Source of the DNA: Candidatus Saccharimonadota bacterium
GTDB lineage: Bacteria; Pseudomonadota; Gammaproteobacteria; Enterobacterales; Enterobacteriaceae
Direction of reading: 5' to 3'
Assembly: GCF_000185985.2 (NCBI RefSeq)
Contig: NC_014909.2
Span: 480,001 to 512,000, forward strand
DNA: 32,000 nt
Shown here: piece after piece, positions 12,255 through 22,307 of the stretch
Layout of the letters: each line of letters starts with the position of its first letter
How positions within the stretch are numbered: the stretch's first letter is position 1
Notes under the pieces: model-generated
What the model was told of the DNA's origin: nothing
What the model saw: only the letters and a program-made list of their open reading frames with translations
Database searches by the model: none
Made by a program: the position numbers and the translations under genes

Positions 12255-12285
12255 CCCCTTTATGAGAAAGGGGCATGCTGTTTTT
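12255..12285 (+). terminator. Candidate rho-independent terminator of gapA
   Basis: The stem is CCCCTTT (12255-12261) paired with AAAGGGG (12267-12273), with loop ATGAG. CATGCTGTTTTT follows, giving a T5 run at 12281-12285. It sits about 30 nt after the gapA stop in a conspicuously GC-rich patch of an AT-rich spacer. Confidence 0.5.
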
Positions 12286-12457
12286 GAAAAAAATTGGGCA
12301 TTTATCTCGTACCTACCAACGAATTAAGTTGATATAAAAATTAAAAATATGATAATCTAATAATATTCATATTTTTTATTAAAAATGATTTAATTTATAT
12401 ATGCTTTAAAAGCAATCTAATTGCTATCATTATATTTTAGTTCTTAAAATAAATATT

Positions 12458-12991
12458 ATGCTTTATAATTTTTACATTTATTCTAAATCAAGAAAATGTT
12501 GGATTACTTTAATATATAGTATCATAGGGCTAATAAGTGTAGCTTTGTTCGAACAATATTTTTTAATGCTAAAACCTTGTGTATTATGTATATATCAAAG
12601 ATGCGCTCTGATAGGAATAGCAATATCAGGAATTATTGCTTTAATTTCTCCTAATCGTTTTTTATTTCGAGTTATTGCCATAATTATATGGACATACAGT
12701 GCTTATAAAGGCTTATATTTTTCCATAAAACATATCACAACGATCTTATATTCATCTCCATTTTTTACATGCGATCTAATTGTTTCATTTCCTGAGTGGT
12801 TACCTTTAAATAAATGGTTACCTATTATGTTCAAAGCAAATGGAGAAGATTGTTCTATACATACTTGGAATTTTTTTTTATTAAACATACATCATTGGAT
12901 GTTTCTAATTTTTATTAGTTATTTATTTGTAGTAATATGTATAATAATTGCGCATTTCATGCGTATATATAAACATCACTACATTTTGTAA
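12458..12991 (+). CDS. dsbB: Disulfide bond formation protein B
   Basis: LKPCVLCIYQRCAL contains the first CxxC pair. FFTCD and GEDCS give the second Cys pair. FPEWLPLNKWLP matches E. coli FPEWLPLDKWVP. The hydrophobicity pattern is four-TM. Confidence 0.93.
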   Translation: MLYNFYIYSKSRKCWITLIYSIIGLISVALFEQYFLMLKPCVLCIYQRCALIGIAISGIIALISPNRFLFRVIAIIIWTYSAYKGLYFSIKHITTILYSSPFFTCDLIVSFPEWLPLNKWLPIMFKANGEDCSIHTWNFFLLNIHHWMFLIFISYLFVVICIIIAHFMRIYKHHYIL

Positions 12992-13109
12992 AATAAATTA
13001 TATCATTAATATATTGATATTTAAATTTATAAAAATTATTCATATTGAAAAATGAGAATACCATTAAAATACGTTATATTAAATTCATCCTTTATACTGT
13101 TTAATAAAC

Positions 13110-13820
13110 ATGTCAAAAGTTATTTCTATTGATTTACAAGGAAGTAATTTTACACTACTGGTAATGCATGCACATACTACCTGCATGCCCAAAATTCGTT
13201 TAGCATTAATAAGAAAAATAAAAGAGTCTCCAAATTTTTTTACCACTAATACCCCAATTATTATTAACGTAGCTAATATTAATCAAAGTTCTGATTGGTT
13301 AAAGCTATATCAAACAGTATCTGAGGTTGGACTACTTATTATGGGAGTATGTTGTTGCTATAATAATCAATTAAAAAAAACAATTACTAAAAGTAGGATA
13401 CCTATCCTAACTAAAGGAACAAATATTATAAACTACAACAAAAATTATAACTCTAAAATCGTTGAGTACCATAATTATTCTGTTCTAACTTTTAAAACTC
13501 AAATCATATACACCCCAATCCGTTCCGGCCAACAAATTTATGCTCGTAATAGAGATTTAGTTGTTATTGCTAATGTTAGTTCTGGAGCTGAAATAATTTC
13601 TGACGGCAATATTCATATTTACGGGGCTATGCGAGGAAGAGTATTAGCTGGAGCTTCAGGACATGAAGAATCTCAAATTTTTTGTAGTAACTTATCTCCA
13701 GAACTTGTATCAATAGGAGGACACTATTGGTTAATCGATCAAATTCCGCAAGAATTTTTAGGAAAATCAGCCCGATTCTATTTAAAAAACAATGCTCTTG
13801 TTATTCAACATATTGTATAA
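13110..13820 (+). CDS. minC: Septum site-determining protein MinC
   Basis: The C-terminal domain TPIRSGQQIYARNRDLVVIANVSSGAEIISDGNIHIYGAMRGRVLAGASG...QIFC..L.PELVSIGG.YWL.DQIP.EF is colinear with E. coli MinC. The gene heads a minCDE operon. Confidence 0.95.
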   Translation: MSKVISIDLQGSNFTLLVMHAHTTCMPKIRLALIRKIKESPNFFTTNTPIIINVANINQSSDWLKLYQTVSEVGLLIMGVCCCYNNQLKKTITKSRIPILTKGTNIINYNKNYNSKIVEYHNYSVLTFKTQIIYTPIRSGQQIYARNRDLVVIANVSSGAEIISDGNIHIYGAMRGRVLAGASGHEESQIFCSNLSPELVSIGGHYWLIDQIPQEFLGKSARFYLKNNALVIQHIV

Positions 13821-13831
13821 TACAATTAATT

Positions 13832-14656
13832 ATGACTCGAATAATAGTAATTACATCAGGAAAAGGAGGAGTAGGTAAAACAACATCAAGTGCAGCTATT
13901 GCTACTGGTTTGGCAATGTATGGGCACAAAACTGTTGTCATTGATTTTGATATAGGATTGCGTAATTTAGATTTAATTATGGGCTGTGAACGTAGAGTAG
14001 TTTATGATTTTATTAATGTAATTCAAGGAGAGGCTACATTAAACCAAGCATTAATCAAAGACAAACATACACATACGAATTGCCTGTATATACTTCCTGC
14101 ATCTCAAACACGGGATAAAAGTGCCTTAACCCGCATCGGAATAGAAAATATATTTAATCATCTAATTAACAAAATGAATTTTGATTTCATCATATGCGAC
14201 TCTCCAGCAGGAATAGACAGTGGAGCTTTAATGGCCTTATATTTTGCTGATGAAGCAATTATCGTAACTAATCCTGAAATATCTTCAGTACATGATTCAG
14301 ATCGTATTTTAGGAATTCTATCTTCTAAATCCAAACGAGCTGAAAATTCATCAGAAAACATAAAAGAACATTTACTACTTACTCGATATAGCCCTAATAA
14401 AGTCAAACAAGGCAATATGCTAAATTTAACAGATGTAATTGACATCCTCAGAATTCCATTACTAGGAGTAATTCCAGAAGACTCATTAGTATTAAAAGCT
14501 TCTAACCAAGGTACACCAATCATTTTAGATAATTTATCTTATGCAGGCCAAGCTTATTTAGATACTACAAATAGATTATTAGGAAAATCTTGTCCCTTAC
14601 GGTTTATCAAAGAAAAAAAACAAGGATTTTTAAAACGTTTTTTTAAAAAGAGATAA
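13832..14656 (+). CDS. minD: Septum site-determining ATPase MinD
   Basis: MTRIIVITSGKGGVGKTTSSAAIATGLA..KTVVIDFDIGLRNLDLIMGCERRVVYDF is near-identical to E. coli MinD from its first residue. The amphipathic helix KKQGFLKRFF is present at the C-terminus. The ORF-track start at 13727 adds 35 unsupported codons overlapping minC, so I call the ATG at 13832. Confidence 0.96.
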   Translation: MTRIIVITSGKGGVGKTTSSAAIATGLAMYGHKTVVIDFDIGLRNLDLIMGCERRVVYDFINVIQGEATLNQALIKDKHTHTNCLYILPASQTRDKSALTRIGIENIFNHLINKMNFDFIICDSPAGIDSGALMALYFADEAIIVTNPEISSVHDSDRILGILSSKSKRAENSSENIKEHLLLTRYSPNKVKQGNMLNLTDVIDILRIPLLGVIPEDSLVLKASNQGTPIILDNLSYAGQAYLDTTNRLLGKSCPLRFIKEKKQGFLKRFFKKR

Positions 14657-14662
14657 AATCCA

Positions 14663-14929
14663 ATGATTATTTTAATAAATTTTTTTACAAGAAAAAAAAA
14701 ATTAAGTACAGCTAATATTGCTAAAGAAAGACTACACATTATTATCGACGAACATAGAATTAAAAACAAATTTGAATTAAATTCTTTACCAAAATTTAAA
14801 CACGAATTACTTGAAATAATTCATAAATATATTCAAAAACCTCAAATAATTTCAATAAAATTAAAAAAACACGACGAAAACACATCAGTTTTAAAAGTAA
14901 ATATACTTTTATCTAATAAAAAAATATAG
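14663..14929 (+). CDS. minE: Cell division topological specificity factor MinE
   Basis: [22 protein letters not shown] matches E. coli [21 protein letters not shown]. The protein is 88 aa and the gene follows minD by 6 nt. Confidence 0.95.
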   Translation: [88 protein letters not shown]

Positions 14930-15020
14930 CTTTAACATTACATAATACTCATTGTGTATTGTATTAATACAATTCTGCATTAATTAATTGTTGCAATCAT
15001 CATATTAATAATATTTTAAA

Positions 15021-15692
15021 TTAATAAATTGGTCTGATTTGATCAGGAGTAAGAATATTGTTAATATTCCAAGAATTGATGCCTAATAGTAACATATCAT
15101 GTGCTTCAGGTAACATAACTTTTTTTAAAATAATTTTATCACTTTTATCAATACAACACTGTAATTGTTGATGATTATTCCATCCTGTTCCTACAATCAT
15201 CCACTCTCCCGACAACGTATTACTTATTATATTTTGAGCAACACTCAAAGTTATAAAGCCATCGTCATCCTTACGAATCCAAATATTATTAAAATCATTA
15301 TACAAATAACGTGCCCAAAATAATTTATTCATACGAGCATCAATCATTGCTATAATATTTTTAATACAAAAAATACGCCAAGCTTTATGGGCAAGCACTG
15401 CTAAAGAAGATACTGCTACTAGGGGTAAATCTGCTCCTACTGCTAAACCTTGGGCGACACTTATTCCAATCCTTACTCCAATAAAATTACCTGGACCTTG
15501 ATCAAACACTATACAATCAAGAGATTTTAATGAAACTCCAGAGTCAATTAACAATTGATTAATAATAAACAAAATTTTTTTATCATGAGATTGAGGAGCT
15601 AAAATACTGTAATCATATATTTTTTCACCAACCATAATCGCAACTGAACATAATTCAGTAACAGTATTAAACGCTAAAATTCGAACAGTCAT
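15021..15692 (-). CDS. tsaB: tRNA t6A37 threonylcarbamoyltransferase subunit TsaB (YeaZ)
   Basis: RILAFNTVTELCSVA, GPGNFIGVRIGISVAQGLAVGADLP, IDARMNKLFWA and GEWMIVGTGW are colinear with E. coli YeaZ. Confidence 0.92.
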   Translation of the reverse strand: MTVRILAFNTVTELCSVAIMVGEKIYDYSILAPQSHDKKILFIINQLLIDSGVSLKSLDCIVFDQGPGNFIGVRIGISVAQGLAVGADLPLVAVSSLAVLAHKAWRIFCIKNIIAMIDARMNKLFWARYLYNDFNNIWIRKDDDGFITLSVAQNIISNTLSGEWMIVGTGWNNHQQLQCCIDKSDKIILKKVMLPEAHDMLLLGINSWNINNILTPDQIRPIY

Positions 15693-16010
15693 ATTAAAAC
15701 CTACTACTTATTTTGATACACCATAATAACAACGGATATCTTATCGTAAATCAAATAATTAAATTAATACGTAAATTACACAATATATTATAATAATTCA
15801 TATAAAATATTTACAATTTTAAATAAAAAACTTCAAATAAAATTTTGTATCATATATAGTAATAGCAATGCACGTAAACATATACACACATGTTACAATA
15901 ACGAACATAAATATACCAGTATATATTTTACTTTCATTGTATAAACTCGATTTCTATGCATTAGAACACCACACATCGTAGCAAATCACCTATAAGGATT
16001 ATTAAATTAA

Positions 16011-17393
16011 ATGACAATTAATCTCATAGAATTACCTTACCATCCTAATGCTACCCTAAATTTATTTGAATCATTATCCAATACGCCTTGGTCTATGTTA
16101 TTATATTCCGGTTATGAAAATAAACATTCCGAAGGCCGTTACGATATACTAGTAACCAATCCCGTGTTAACATTACTTACATACAATGATATTACTACAA
16201 TTTCATCTAAAAAATTTCATAAAATTAGTAAAGAAGATCCTTTTTTATTATTAAAAAAATATATACAAACATATCAATTGCAATCAGATAATAATTATCC
16301 TATTCCATTTCAAGGCGGATTTTTAGGGACATTCGGATATGATTTAGCTAGACGTATAGAACAATTACCAAATTTATCAAAAAAAGATATCTACCTTCCA
16401 GATATGGCCCTAGGCTTATATAGATGGGCTATTATCTCAGACCATAAATTATTTAAAAATTATTTAGTAACCCATGATCACCCAGATATGACTTTATCCT
16501 GGATAAAAAAACAGCACATCTATCATAATTGCAGTCACTATACAGGATCATTTAAATTATTGAATCCATGGAAAAGTAATATTGATTACTCCGAATACCT
16601 AAAAAAAATTCAAATTATCAAAAAAAATTTAATATCAGGAAATTGTTATCAAATATGTTTAGCTCAACGATTCTTAGCTCCCTATATTGGAAATGAGTGG
16701 GCAATATTTCGATATTTATTAAATTACAATCAAGTTCCATTTTCTGCATTTATTCGATTACCTAATAATTCAAGCATATTAAGTTTTTCACCGGAGCGTT
16801 TTATACAATTAAAAAAATCAAAAATTAAAACTCAACCAATCAAAGGCACATTATGCAAATTAAATAATAAAAAATCTGATAAAAAACAAAAATTAAAACT
16901 GTTTCAATCTGTCAAAAATCAATCAGAGAATTTAATGATTGTCGATTTATTACGAAACGATTTAGGAAAAGTATCTATCCCAGGTAGCATTTATGTTACT
17001 AAATTATTTGATATTCAATCATTTTCTAAAATACATCATATGGTTAGCACAATTATAGGGATACTTGACACCGATAATTTCTCAGCTTGCGATTTATTAA
17101 AAGCATGTTTCCCCGGAGGATCAATTACAGGCGCTCCTAAAATTCAAGCTATGAAATTAATAGAAGAATTAGAACCTCATCGCCGTAGTGTTTGGTCTGG
17201 AAGTATTGGATATTTAAGTTGCTGCGGAAATATGGATTCTAATATCATTATTAGAACTTTATTATCTGAAAAAAAATATCTTTTTTGCTTTGTTGGTAAC
17301 GGTATTATTTTTGATAGTAACCAAGAACTAGAATACCAAGAAATGCAAGATAAAATGCTAACTCTTTTAATACCTATATTAAAACAAAATTAA
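16011..17393 (+). CDS. pabB: Aminodeoxychorismate synthase component I
   Basis: PFQGGFLGTFGYDL, GNCYQICLAQRF, SFSPERFI, the Lys-containing TQPIKGT, ENLMIVDLLRND and FPGGSITGAPK are colinear with E. coli PabB. Confidence 0.94.
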   Translation: MTINLIELPYHPNATLNLFESLSNTPWSMLLYSGYENKHSEGRYDILVTNPVLTLLTYNDITTISSKKFHKISKEDPFLLLKKYIQTYQLQSDNNYPIPFQGGFLGTFGYDLARRIEQLPNLSKKDIYLPDMALGLYRWAIISDHKLFKNYLVTHDHPDMTLSWIKKQHIYHNCSHYTGSFKLLNPWKSNIDYSEYLKKIQIIKKNLISGNCYQICLAQRFLAPYIGNEWAIFRYLLNYNQVPFSAFIRLPNNSSILSFSPERFIQLKKSKIKTQPIKGTLCKLNNKKSDKKQKLKLFQSVKNQSENLMIVDLLRNDLGKVSIPGSIYVTKLFDIQSFSKIHHMVSTIIGILDTDNFSACDLLKACFPGGSITGAPKIQAMKLIEELEPHRRSVWSGSIGYLSCCGNMDSNIIIRTLLSEKKYLFCFVGNGIIFDSNQELEYQEMQDKMLTLLIPILKQN

Positions 17394-17490
17394 AAAATTT
17401 CAAACCACCATATTGAGTATAATCAAAATTCTTGATAATCTTTACTAAATCATAAATTTTAACACGTGATACAATTATACAACATAATAA

Positions 17491-19068
17491 TTAAAAATTT
17501 TTAGGTTCATAAAAAACATCGTTTACACGATATAAACGCTCTACCTCTACTAATTCAATACGATATTCTATCATTTGTTTAATAATAAATCTCCACTCAT
17601 TAATTATCAATATATCACCTTCTTTTGGTATATGGTCACAACGAGATAGCAACAATCCTGCTAAAGATGCGACATGATCACATATATCTGCCAAATTATA
17701 TGTTTTTAATGCCTGTTGTAAGGCATGCAAATCCGTACTACCTTTCACTAACCAACTTTTTTCATCAATTGTTTTAATCTCAGGAGTCTCATCTTCATCA
17801 GGAAATTCTCCAGCTATAGCTTCTAATACGTCTACAGGAGTAATTAATCCTTGAATAACTCCAAACTCATTGGATACAATCACCATACTTCCTTTTGCTC
17901 GTCTTAATTCCGTTAACAAATTTAACACATCCAATGTTTCAGGCACTACAACAGGTAAATTTTTGGCAGCATATGTTTCGACTGGTTTCCCTTTAGAAAT
18001 AGATGCCATTAAATCCTTAGCCCGCACAATTCCTATTAATTGATCCAATTCTCCATCACAGACCGGAAACATATTATGAGGAGTATTTGTTAAAACTGAA
18101 TATAACTCTTGTGTCGATTTTTGAGAATCTAACCATGTAATTTCATTACGAGGAGTCATTATACTACGTAAAGAACGTGAAGCTAATGATAATACCCCTG
18201 TGATCATATGACGTTCTTCTTCAGCAAATTGAGTTTTTAGCGGAAAGGTTGAAGATTTTTTTTCTGAAAAATCCCATTGTGATGCAGAAGAACTACCTCC
18301 CATTAATTTCATTATTGCTTCAGCCGTGCGTTCCCGCATAGATTTATTAGATTGATTTTTCATAAAATTACAATAAGCAATCTGATTCAATAATTCAATC
18401 AATACAGAAAAACCGATAGCAGCATATAAATACCCTTTGGGAATATAAAATCCTATTCCTTCAGCCATTAAGCTAAGCCCAATAATCAGCAAAAAACTTA
18501 AACACAATACTATTACAGTTTGGTGATTATTAACAAAATTTATTAATAAACGAGACATTGACAACATTATAATTACTGAAACAATAACCGCTATAATCAT
18601 CACCGATAAACGATCTACTGTGCCAACAGCTGTTATTACCGCATCAAGAGAAAAAATCGCATCAAATACTATGATTTGTATCACTACAATCCAAAAACTA
18701 GCATATCCACGTTCAGAATGTCGACTATGCATTTTATGCTCTAATTGTTGATGTAATTCCGTAGTCGCTTTAAATAAAAGAAAAAATCCCCCGAATAATA
18801 AAATTAAGTCCCGACCAGAAAAAGAAAAAGCAATAACCTTAAATAATGGCTGTGTTAAAGTTGCAATCCATGAAACTAAAGATAATAATGTTATACGCAT
18901 AATTAATGCTAATGTTAATCCAACAATACAAACATGTTCGCGTTGATTTTTCGGCAATTTATCTGCTAAAATAGCAATAAATACTAAATTATCAATTCCG
19001 AGTATCACCTCTAAAACGACTAAAGTTAAAAATCCTGCCCACATTGATAAATCTGTTAAAAATTCCAT
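17491..19068 (-). CDS. yoaE: TerC-family membrane protein with CBS pair and CorC/HlyC C-terminal domain (YoaE)
   Basis: [39 protein letters not shown] and [22 protein letters not shown] are near-identical to E. coli Yoa[28 protein letters not shown] and [17 protein letters not shown] mark the CBS/CorC parts. Confidence 0.93.
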   Translation of the reverse strand: MEFLTDLSMWAGFLTLVVLEVILGIDNLVFIAILADKLPKNQREHVCIVGLTLALIMRITLLSLVSWIATLTQPLFKVIAFSFSGRDLILLFGGFFLLFKATTELHQQLEHKMHSRHSERGYASFWIVVIQIIVFDAIFSLDAVITAVGTVDRLSVMIIAVIVSVIIMLSMSRLLINFVNNHQTVIVLCLSFLLIIGLSLMAEGIGFYIPKGYLYAAIGFSVLIELLNQIAYCNFMKNQSNKSMRERTAEAIMKLMGGSSSASQWDFSEKKSSTFPLKTQFAEEERHMITGVLSLASRSLRSIMTPRNEITWLDSQKSTQELYSVLTNTPHNMFPVCDGELDQLIGIVRAKDLMASISKGKPVETYAAKNLPVVVPETLDVLNLLTELRRAKGSMVIVSNEFGVIQGLITPVDVLEAIAGEFPDEDETPEIKTIDEKSWLVKGSTDLHALQQALKTYNLADICDHVASLAGLLLSRCDHIPKEGDILIINEWRFIIKQMIEYRIELVEVERLYRVNDVFYEPKNF

Positions 19069-19506
19069 GACAATCCTTATTCACAATATCAAATGCAAAT
19101 CATGCATAAGCATATTTATGCTAAAAGCAAAATATACCGTATGACCTACTTCATACAGGAATTACGAAAAATAAAATTATATATCACTGAATAATATACT
19201 AGTCTTATAATAGGATAGGAAGATTGTTCATATTAAACAAAAATATGAAATTGATAAAATAAACATTGTTAATTTTACGTTAATAAAATTTTTATCACAA
19301 TAGGTATTCATATATTTATAATTACTATAATAAATCTAACGTTTATATTATATATATAATATATCATTATAATAAAAAAAATAGTATAATGATTTGTTAT
19401 TCAAATAAAAATTATTTACTTAGAATAAGTGTACATATTTAAAAAAATAAAAACATAATTGAGATTTCGAAAAATAGAAAAAATAAAATTATAACATTCA
19501 ATTAAC

Positions 19507-19510
19507 GGAG
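19507..19510 (+). promoter_or_regulatory. Shine-Dalgarno (GGAG) for manX
   Basis: GGAG lies 9 nt upstream of the GTG start at 19520. Confidence 0.5.
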
Positions 19511-19519
19511 AAAAATATA

Positions 19520-20494
19520 GTGACTATCGCAGTTATACTCAGTGCTCACGGATCTGTCTCTGAAAAATTACTCCATACTACAGAAATGATTGTAGGCAAA
19601 CAAGAAAATGTTGCTTGGATTAACTTACTCCCTTCTGAAAACACTGATACTTTAATTGAAAAATATAACACACAATTATCCAATCTGGATATTAATTCAG
19701 GAGTATTATTTTTAACCGATATTTGGGGAGGCACTCCATTTAATGCAGCTCAACAATTAATATTAAATCACAAAAATTATGATATTATTACTGGAATGAA
19801 TATTCCTATGTTAATAGAAGTATTTATAGCTAGAGAACATACTCATACAATAAAAAAATTAGTACATATTGCATTACAATCTGGATCAGAAAGTATAAAA
19901 GCAGTAAAAAACTCATTATTTAGCCCTGATACAAAAAATTTAAAAAAAACTTCTATATCTACTAATCAACATAATAAACATTTTAATAAAAATGATAAAA
20001 ATAATATGACTATATGCTTAATTCGTATCGACGATAGACTAATTCATGGACAAGTAGTAACGCGATGGGCTAAGGAATATAAAATCAATCGTATTATTGT
20101 AGTAAATGACGAGATTGCTACTGATGAAATAAGAAAAGATCTACTTACTCAAGTTACTCCTCCTGGAATTACTGCTCATGTCATAAGTGTTAATAAAGCT
20201 ATACGAGTATATAATAATCCTAAATATGCAAAAGATAAAATAATAATGTTATTTTCCAACCCCACAGACGTAGTTCGATTAATTGAAGGAGGAAGCGTTC
20301 CTATTAAATCTGTAAATGTTGGAGGTATGTCCTTTAGCACAGGAAAACAACAAATTCATAACGCTGTATCAGTAAATTCAATAGATATCAAAGCTTTTAA
20401 AAAACTTGATCAACTTGGTATTCACTTAGAAATACGTAAAGTACCATCAGATTCACCAATCAATTTAATAAAATTAATAGAAAACATTACTTAA
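19520..20494 (+). CDS. manX: Mannose PTS EIIAB component
   Basis: The start is GTG. The IIA phospho-His context is MTIAVILSAHG. WGGTPFNAA is present, and the IIB phospho-His context is RIDDRLIHGQV. TQVTPPGITAHV and RVYNNPKYA are also present. The Ala/Pro linker of E. coli ManX is replaced by an N/K-rich linker. Confidence 0.95.
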   Translation: MTIAVILSAHGSVSEKLLHTTEMIVGKQENVAWINLLPSENTDTLIEKYNTQLSNLDINSGVLFLTDIWGGTPFNAAQQLILNHKNYDIITGMNIPMLIEVFIAREHTHTIKKLVHIALQSGSESIKAVKNSLFSPDTKNLKKTSISTNQHNKHFNKNDKNNMTICLIRIDDRLIHGQVVTRWAKEYKINRIIVVNDEIATDEIRKDLLTQVTPPGITAHVISVNKAIRVYNNPKYAKDKIIMLFSNPTDVVRLIEGGSVPIKSVNVGGMSFSTGKQQIHNAVSVNSIDIKAFKKLDQLGIHLEIRKVPSDSPINLIKLIENIT

Positions 20495-20597
20495 TTAAAT
20501 ATTTTAAAGATATATAATTTATACATTGTAATTACACATCAAATCTTATCGTTGATGTTTTTATTTCTAATCTTTTATAACATAAAAAGGATGATTT

Positions 20598-21407
20598 ATG
20601 GAAATCAATACATTTCAAATTATTCTGCTATTCTTTACTTCTTGTATTGTTGGAATGGCTTCAATACTTGATGAGTTTCAATGTCATAGACCTTTGATAG
20701 CATGTACTATCGTAGGATTAATTTTAGGAGATATAAAAACTGGAATCATCATTGGTGGAACATTAGAAATGATAGCTTTAGGATGGATGAATATAGGAGC
20801 TGCAGTAGCCCCTGATGCAGCATTAGCTGCTATTATTTCTACCATATTAGTCATTGCAGGAAAACAACCTATTGGAGCAGGCATTGCTTTAGCAATTCCA
20901 TTAGCCGCAGCAGGACAAGTATTAACTATAATTGTACGAACTATTACTGTTGCATTTCAACACGCTGCAGATACTGTAGCAGAACGTTGTAACTTAACAG
21001 CATTGAGCTTAATTCATATAACAGCTTTAATATTGCAAGCTATGCGCATTGCAGTTCCTGCAACTATTGTCAGTATTTCTATGGGCACTGAAGTAATTCA
21101 CCGAATATTAAATTCGATTCCCGAAATTATCACAAACGGATTAAACATTGCGGGAGGAATGATTGTTGTTGTAGGATACGCTATGGTCATCAATATGATG
21201 AGAGCTGGATATTTAATGCCATTTTTTTATTTAGGATTTGTTATTACAGCTTTTACTAACTTTAATTTAGTAGCATTAGGGGCTTTAGGAATTATTATAG
21301 CTATCTTATATATTCAATTATCTTCAACCCATCAAAAAACAGAACAAAAAAAATATCCTTATTCAACTTTAAGTACAGAAAATAAACTCGATAATGAATT
21401 AGATTAA
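20598..21407 (+). CDS. manY: Mannose PTS EIIC component
   Basis: The product is a polytopic membrane protein. GGTLEMIALGWMNIGAAVAPDAALA and the operon position between manX and manZ support the call. An AGGA SD lies just upstream of the ATG. Confidence 0.93.
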   Translation: MEINTFQIILLFFTSCIVGMASILDEFQCHRPLIACTIVGLILGDIKTGIIIGGTLEMIALGWMNIGAAVAPDAALAAIISTILVIAGKQPIGAGIALAIPLAAAGQVLTIIVRTITVAFQHAADTVAERCNLTALSLIHITALILQAMRIAVPATIVSISMGTEVIHRILNSIPEIITNGLNIAGGMIVVVGYAMVINMMRAGYLMPFFYLGFVITAFTNFNLVALGALGIIIAILYIQLSSTHQKTEQKKYPYSTLSTENKLDNELD

Positions 21408-21419
21408 TAGGTGATCACA

Positions 21420-22307
21420 ATGATAAATAATGCTGCTCATAATAATAATGACAATTATAATAACAAAAATAAAAAACAAATAATTCAACTAACTAAAAAA
21501 GATATTAGATCTGTTTTTATTCGTTCTAATTTTTTTCAAGGATCTTGGAATTTTGAACGCATGCAAGCATTAGGATTTTGTTTTGCCATGATTCCAGTAA
21601 TTCGGCGTTTATATTTAAATAATAGTAAAGAACAAAAAGAAGCGATTAAAAGACATCTAGAATTTTTTAACACACATCCTTATGTTGCTGCGCCTATTTT
21701 AGGAATTACTATGGCTATGGAAGAAGAAAAAGCTAATGGAGCTACAGCCATTGATGACGCATCCATTAATGGACTAAAAGTAGGATTAATGGGACCTTTA
21801 GCTGGAGTAGGAGATCCAATATTTTGGGGTACTATTAGACCAGTATTTGCAGCATTAGGAGCGGGAATAGCAATGACTGGCAATCTATTAGGACCATGTA
21901 TATTTTTTATTTTTTTTAATACAACTAGATTAATAACGCGTTACTACGGTATAATATATGGATATAAAAAAGGCATTAGTATTGTAAAAGATATAGGAAA
22001 AGGAGGGTTATTAAAAAAATTAACAGAAGGTTCTTCAATTCTAGGTTTATTTGTAATGGGAGCACTAGTTAATAAATGGACTCATGTTAATATTCCATTC
22101 GTTTTATCAAGTATTACGGATAACGAAGGAAACACTACCATCACCACTGTTCAAAATATTTTAGATCAGCTTATGCCTGGATTTGTGCCTTTATTACTCA
22201 CTTTCGCATGTATGTGGCTACTCAACAAAAAGATAAATGCTTTATGGATTATTGTAGGTTTTTTCATATTAAGCATATCAGGGCACTGGATGGGCCTGTT
22301 GAGCTAG
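21420..22307 (+). CDS. manZ: Mannose PTS EIID component
   Basis: RSNFFQGSWNFERMQALGFCFAMIPVIRRLY, HLEFFNTHPYVAAPILG, GLMGPLAGVGDPIFWGTIRPVFAALGAGIAM and LDQLMPGFVPLLLTFACMWLL are near-identical to E. coli ManZ. I prefer the ATG at 21420, which is preceded by AGGTGA at 21409-21414, over the in-frame GTG at 21411 used by the ORF track. The last 15 codons plus stop form the left arm of the palindrome described below. Confidence 0.95.
   Translation: MINNAAHNNNDNYNNKNKKQIIQLTKKDIRSVFIRSNFFQGSWNFERMQALGFCFAMIPVIRRLYLNNSKEQKEAIKRHLEFFNTHPYVAAPILGITMAMEEEKANGATAIDDASINGLKVGLMGPLAGVGDPIFWGTIRPVFAALGAGIAMTGNLLGPCIFFIFFNTTRLITRYYGIIYGYKKGISIVKDIGKGGLLKKLTEGSSILGLFVMGALVNKWTHVNIPFVLSSITDNEGNTTITTVQNILDQLMPGFVPLLLTFACMWLLNKKINALWIIVGFFILSISGHWMGLLS

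Noticed and set aside
13727-13831. A 35-codon N-terminal extension of minD suggested by the ORF track.
   Set aside because: The extension overlaps the minC 3' end in another frame and has no similarity to MinD. Homology to E. coli MinD begins exactly at the ATG at 13832 (MTRIIVITSGKGGVGKTT).
14958-14973. A 16-bp perfect AT palindrome, ATTGTATTAATACAAT, between convergent minE and tsaB. A similar one, ATTCATATATATGAAT, lies at 23491-23506 just downstream of zwf.
   Set aside because: The arms are 8 bp and almost pure A/T, with no flanking U-tract. A rough composition-based estimate says one or two such palindromes are expected by chance in the spacers of this window. They could be weak terminators, but the sequence alone does not support that.
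21411-21419. A GTG at 21411 as the manZ start.
   Set aside because: It is in frame and possible. However, the GTG is itself part of an AGGTGA SD-like sequence positioned 5 nt before the ATG at 21420, so I prefer the ATG. The start remains ambiguous by 3 codons.
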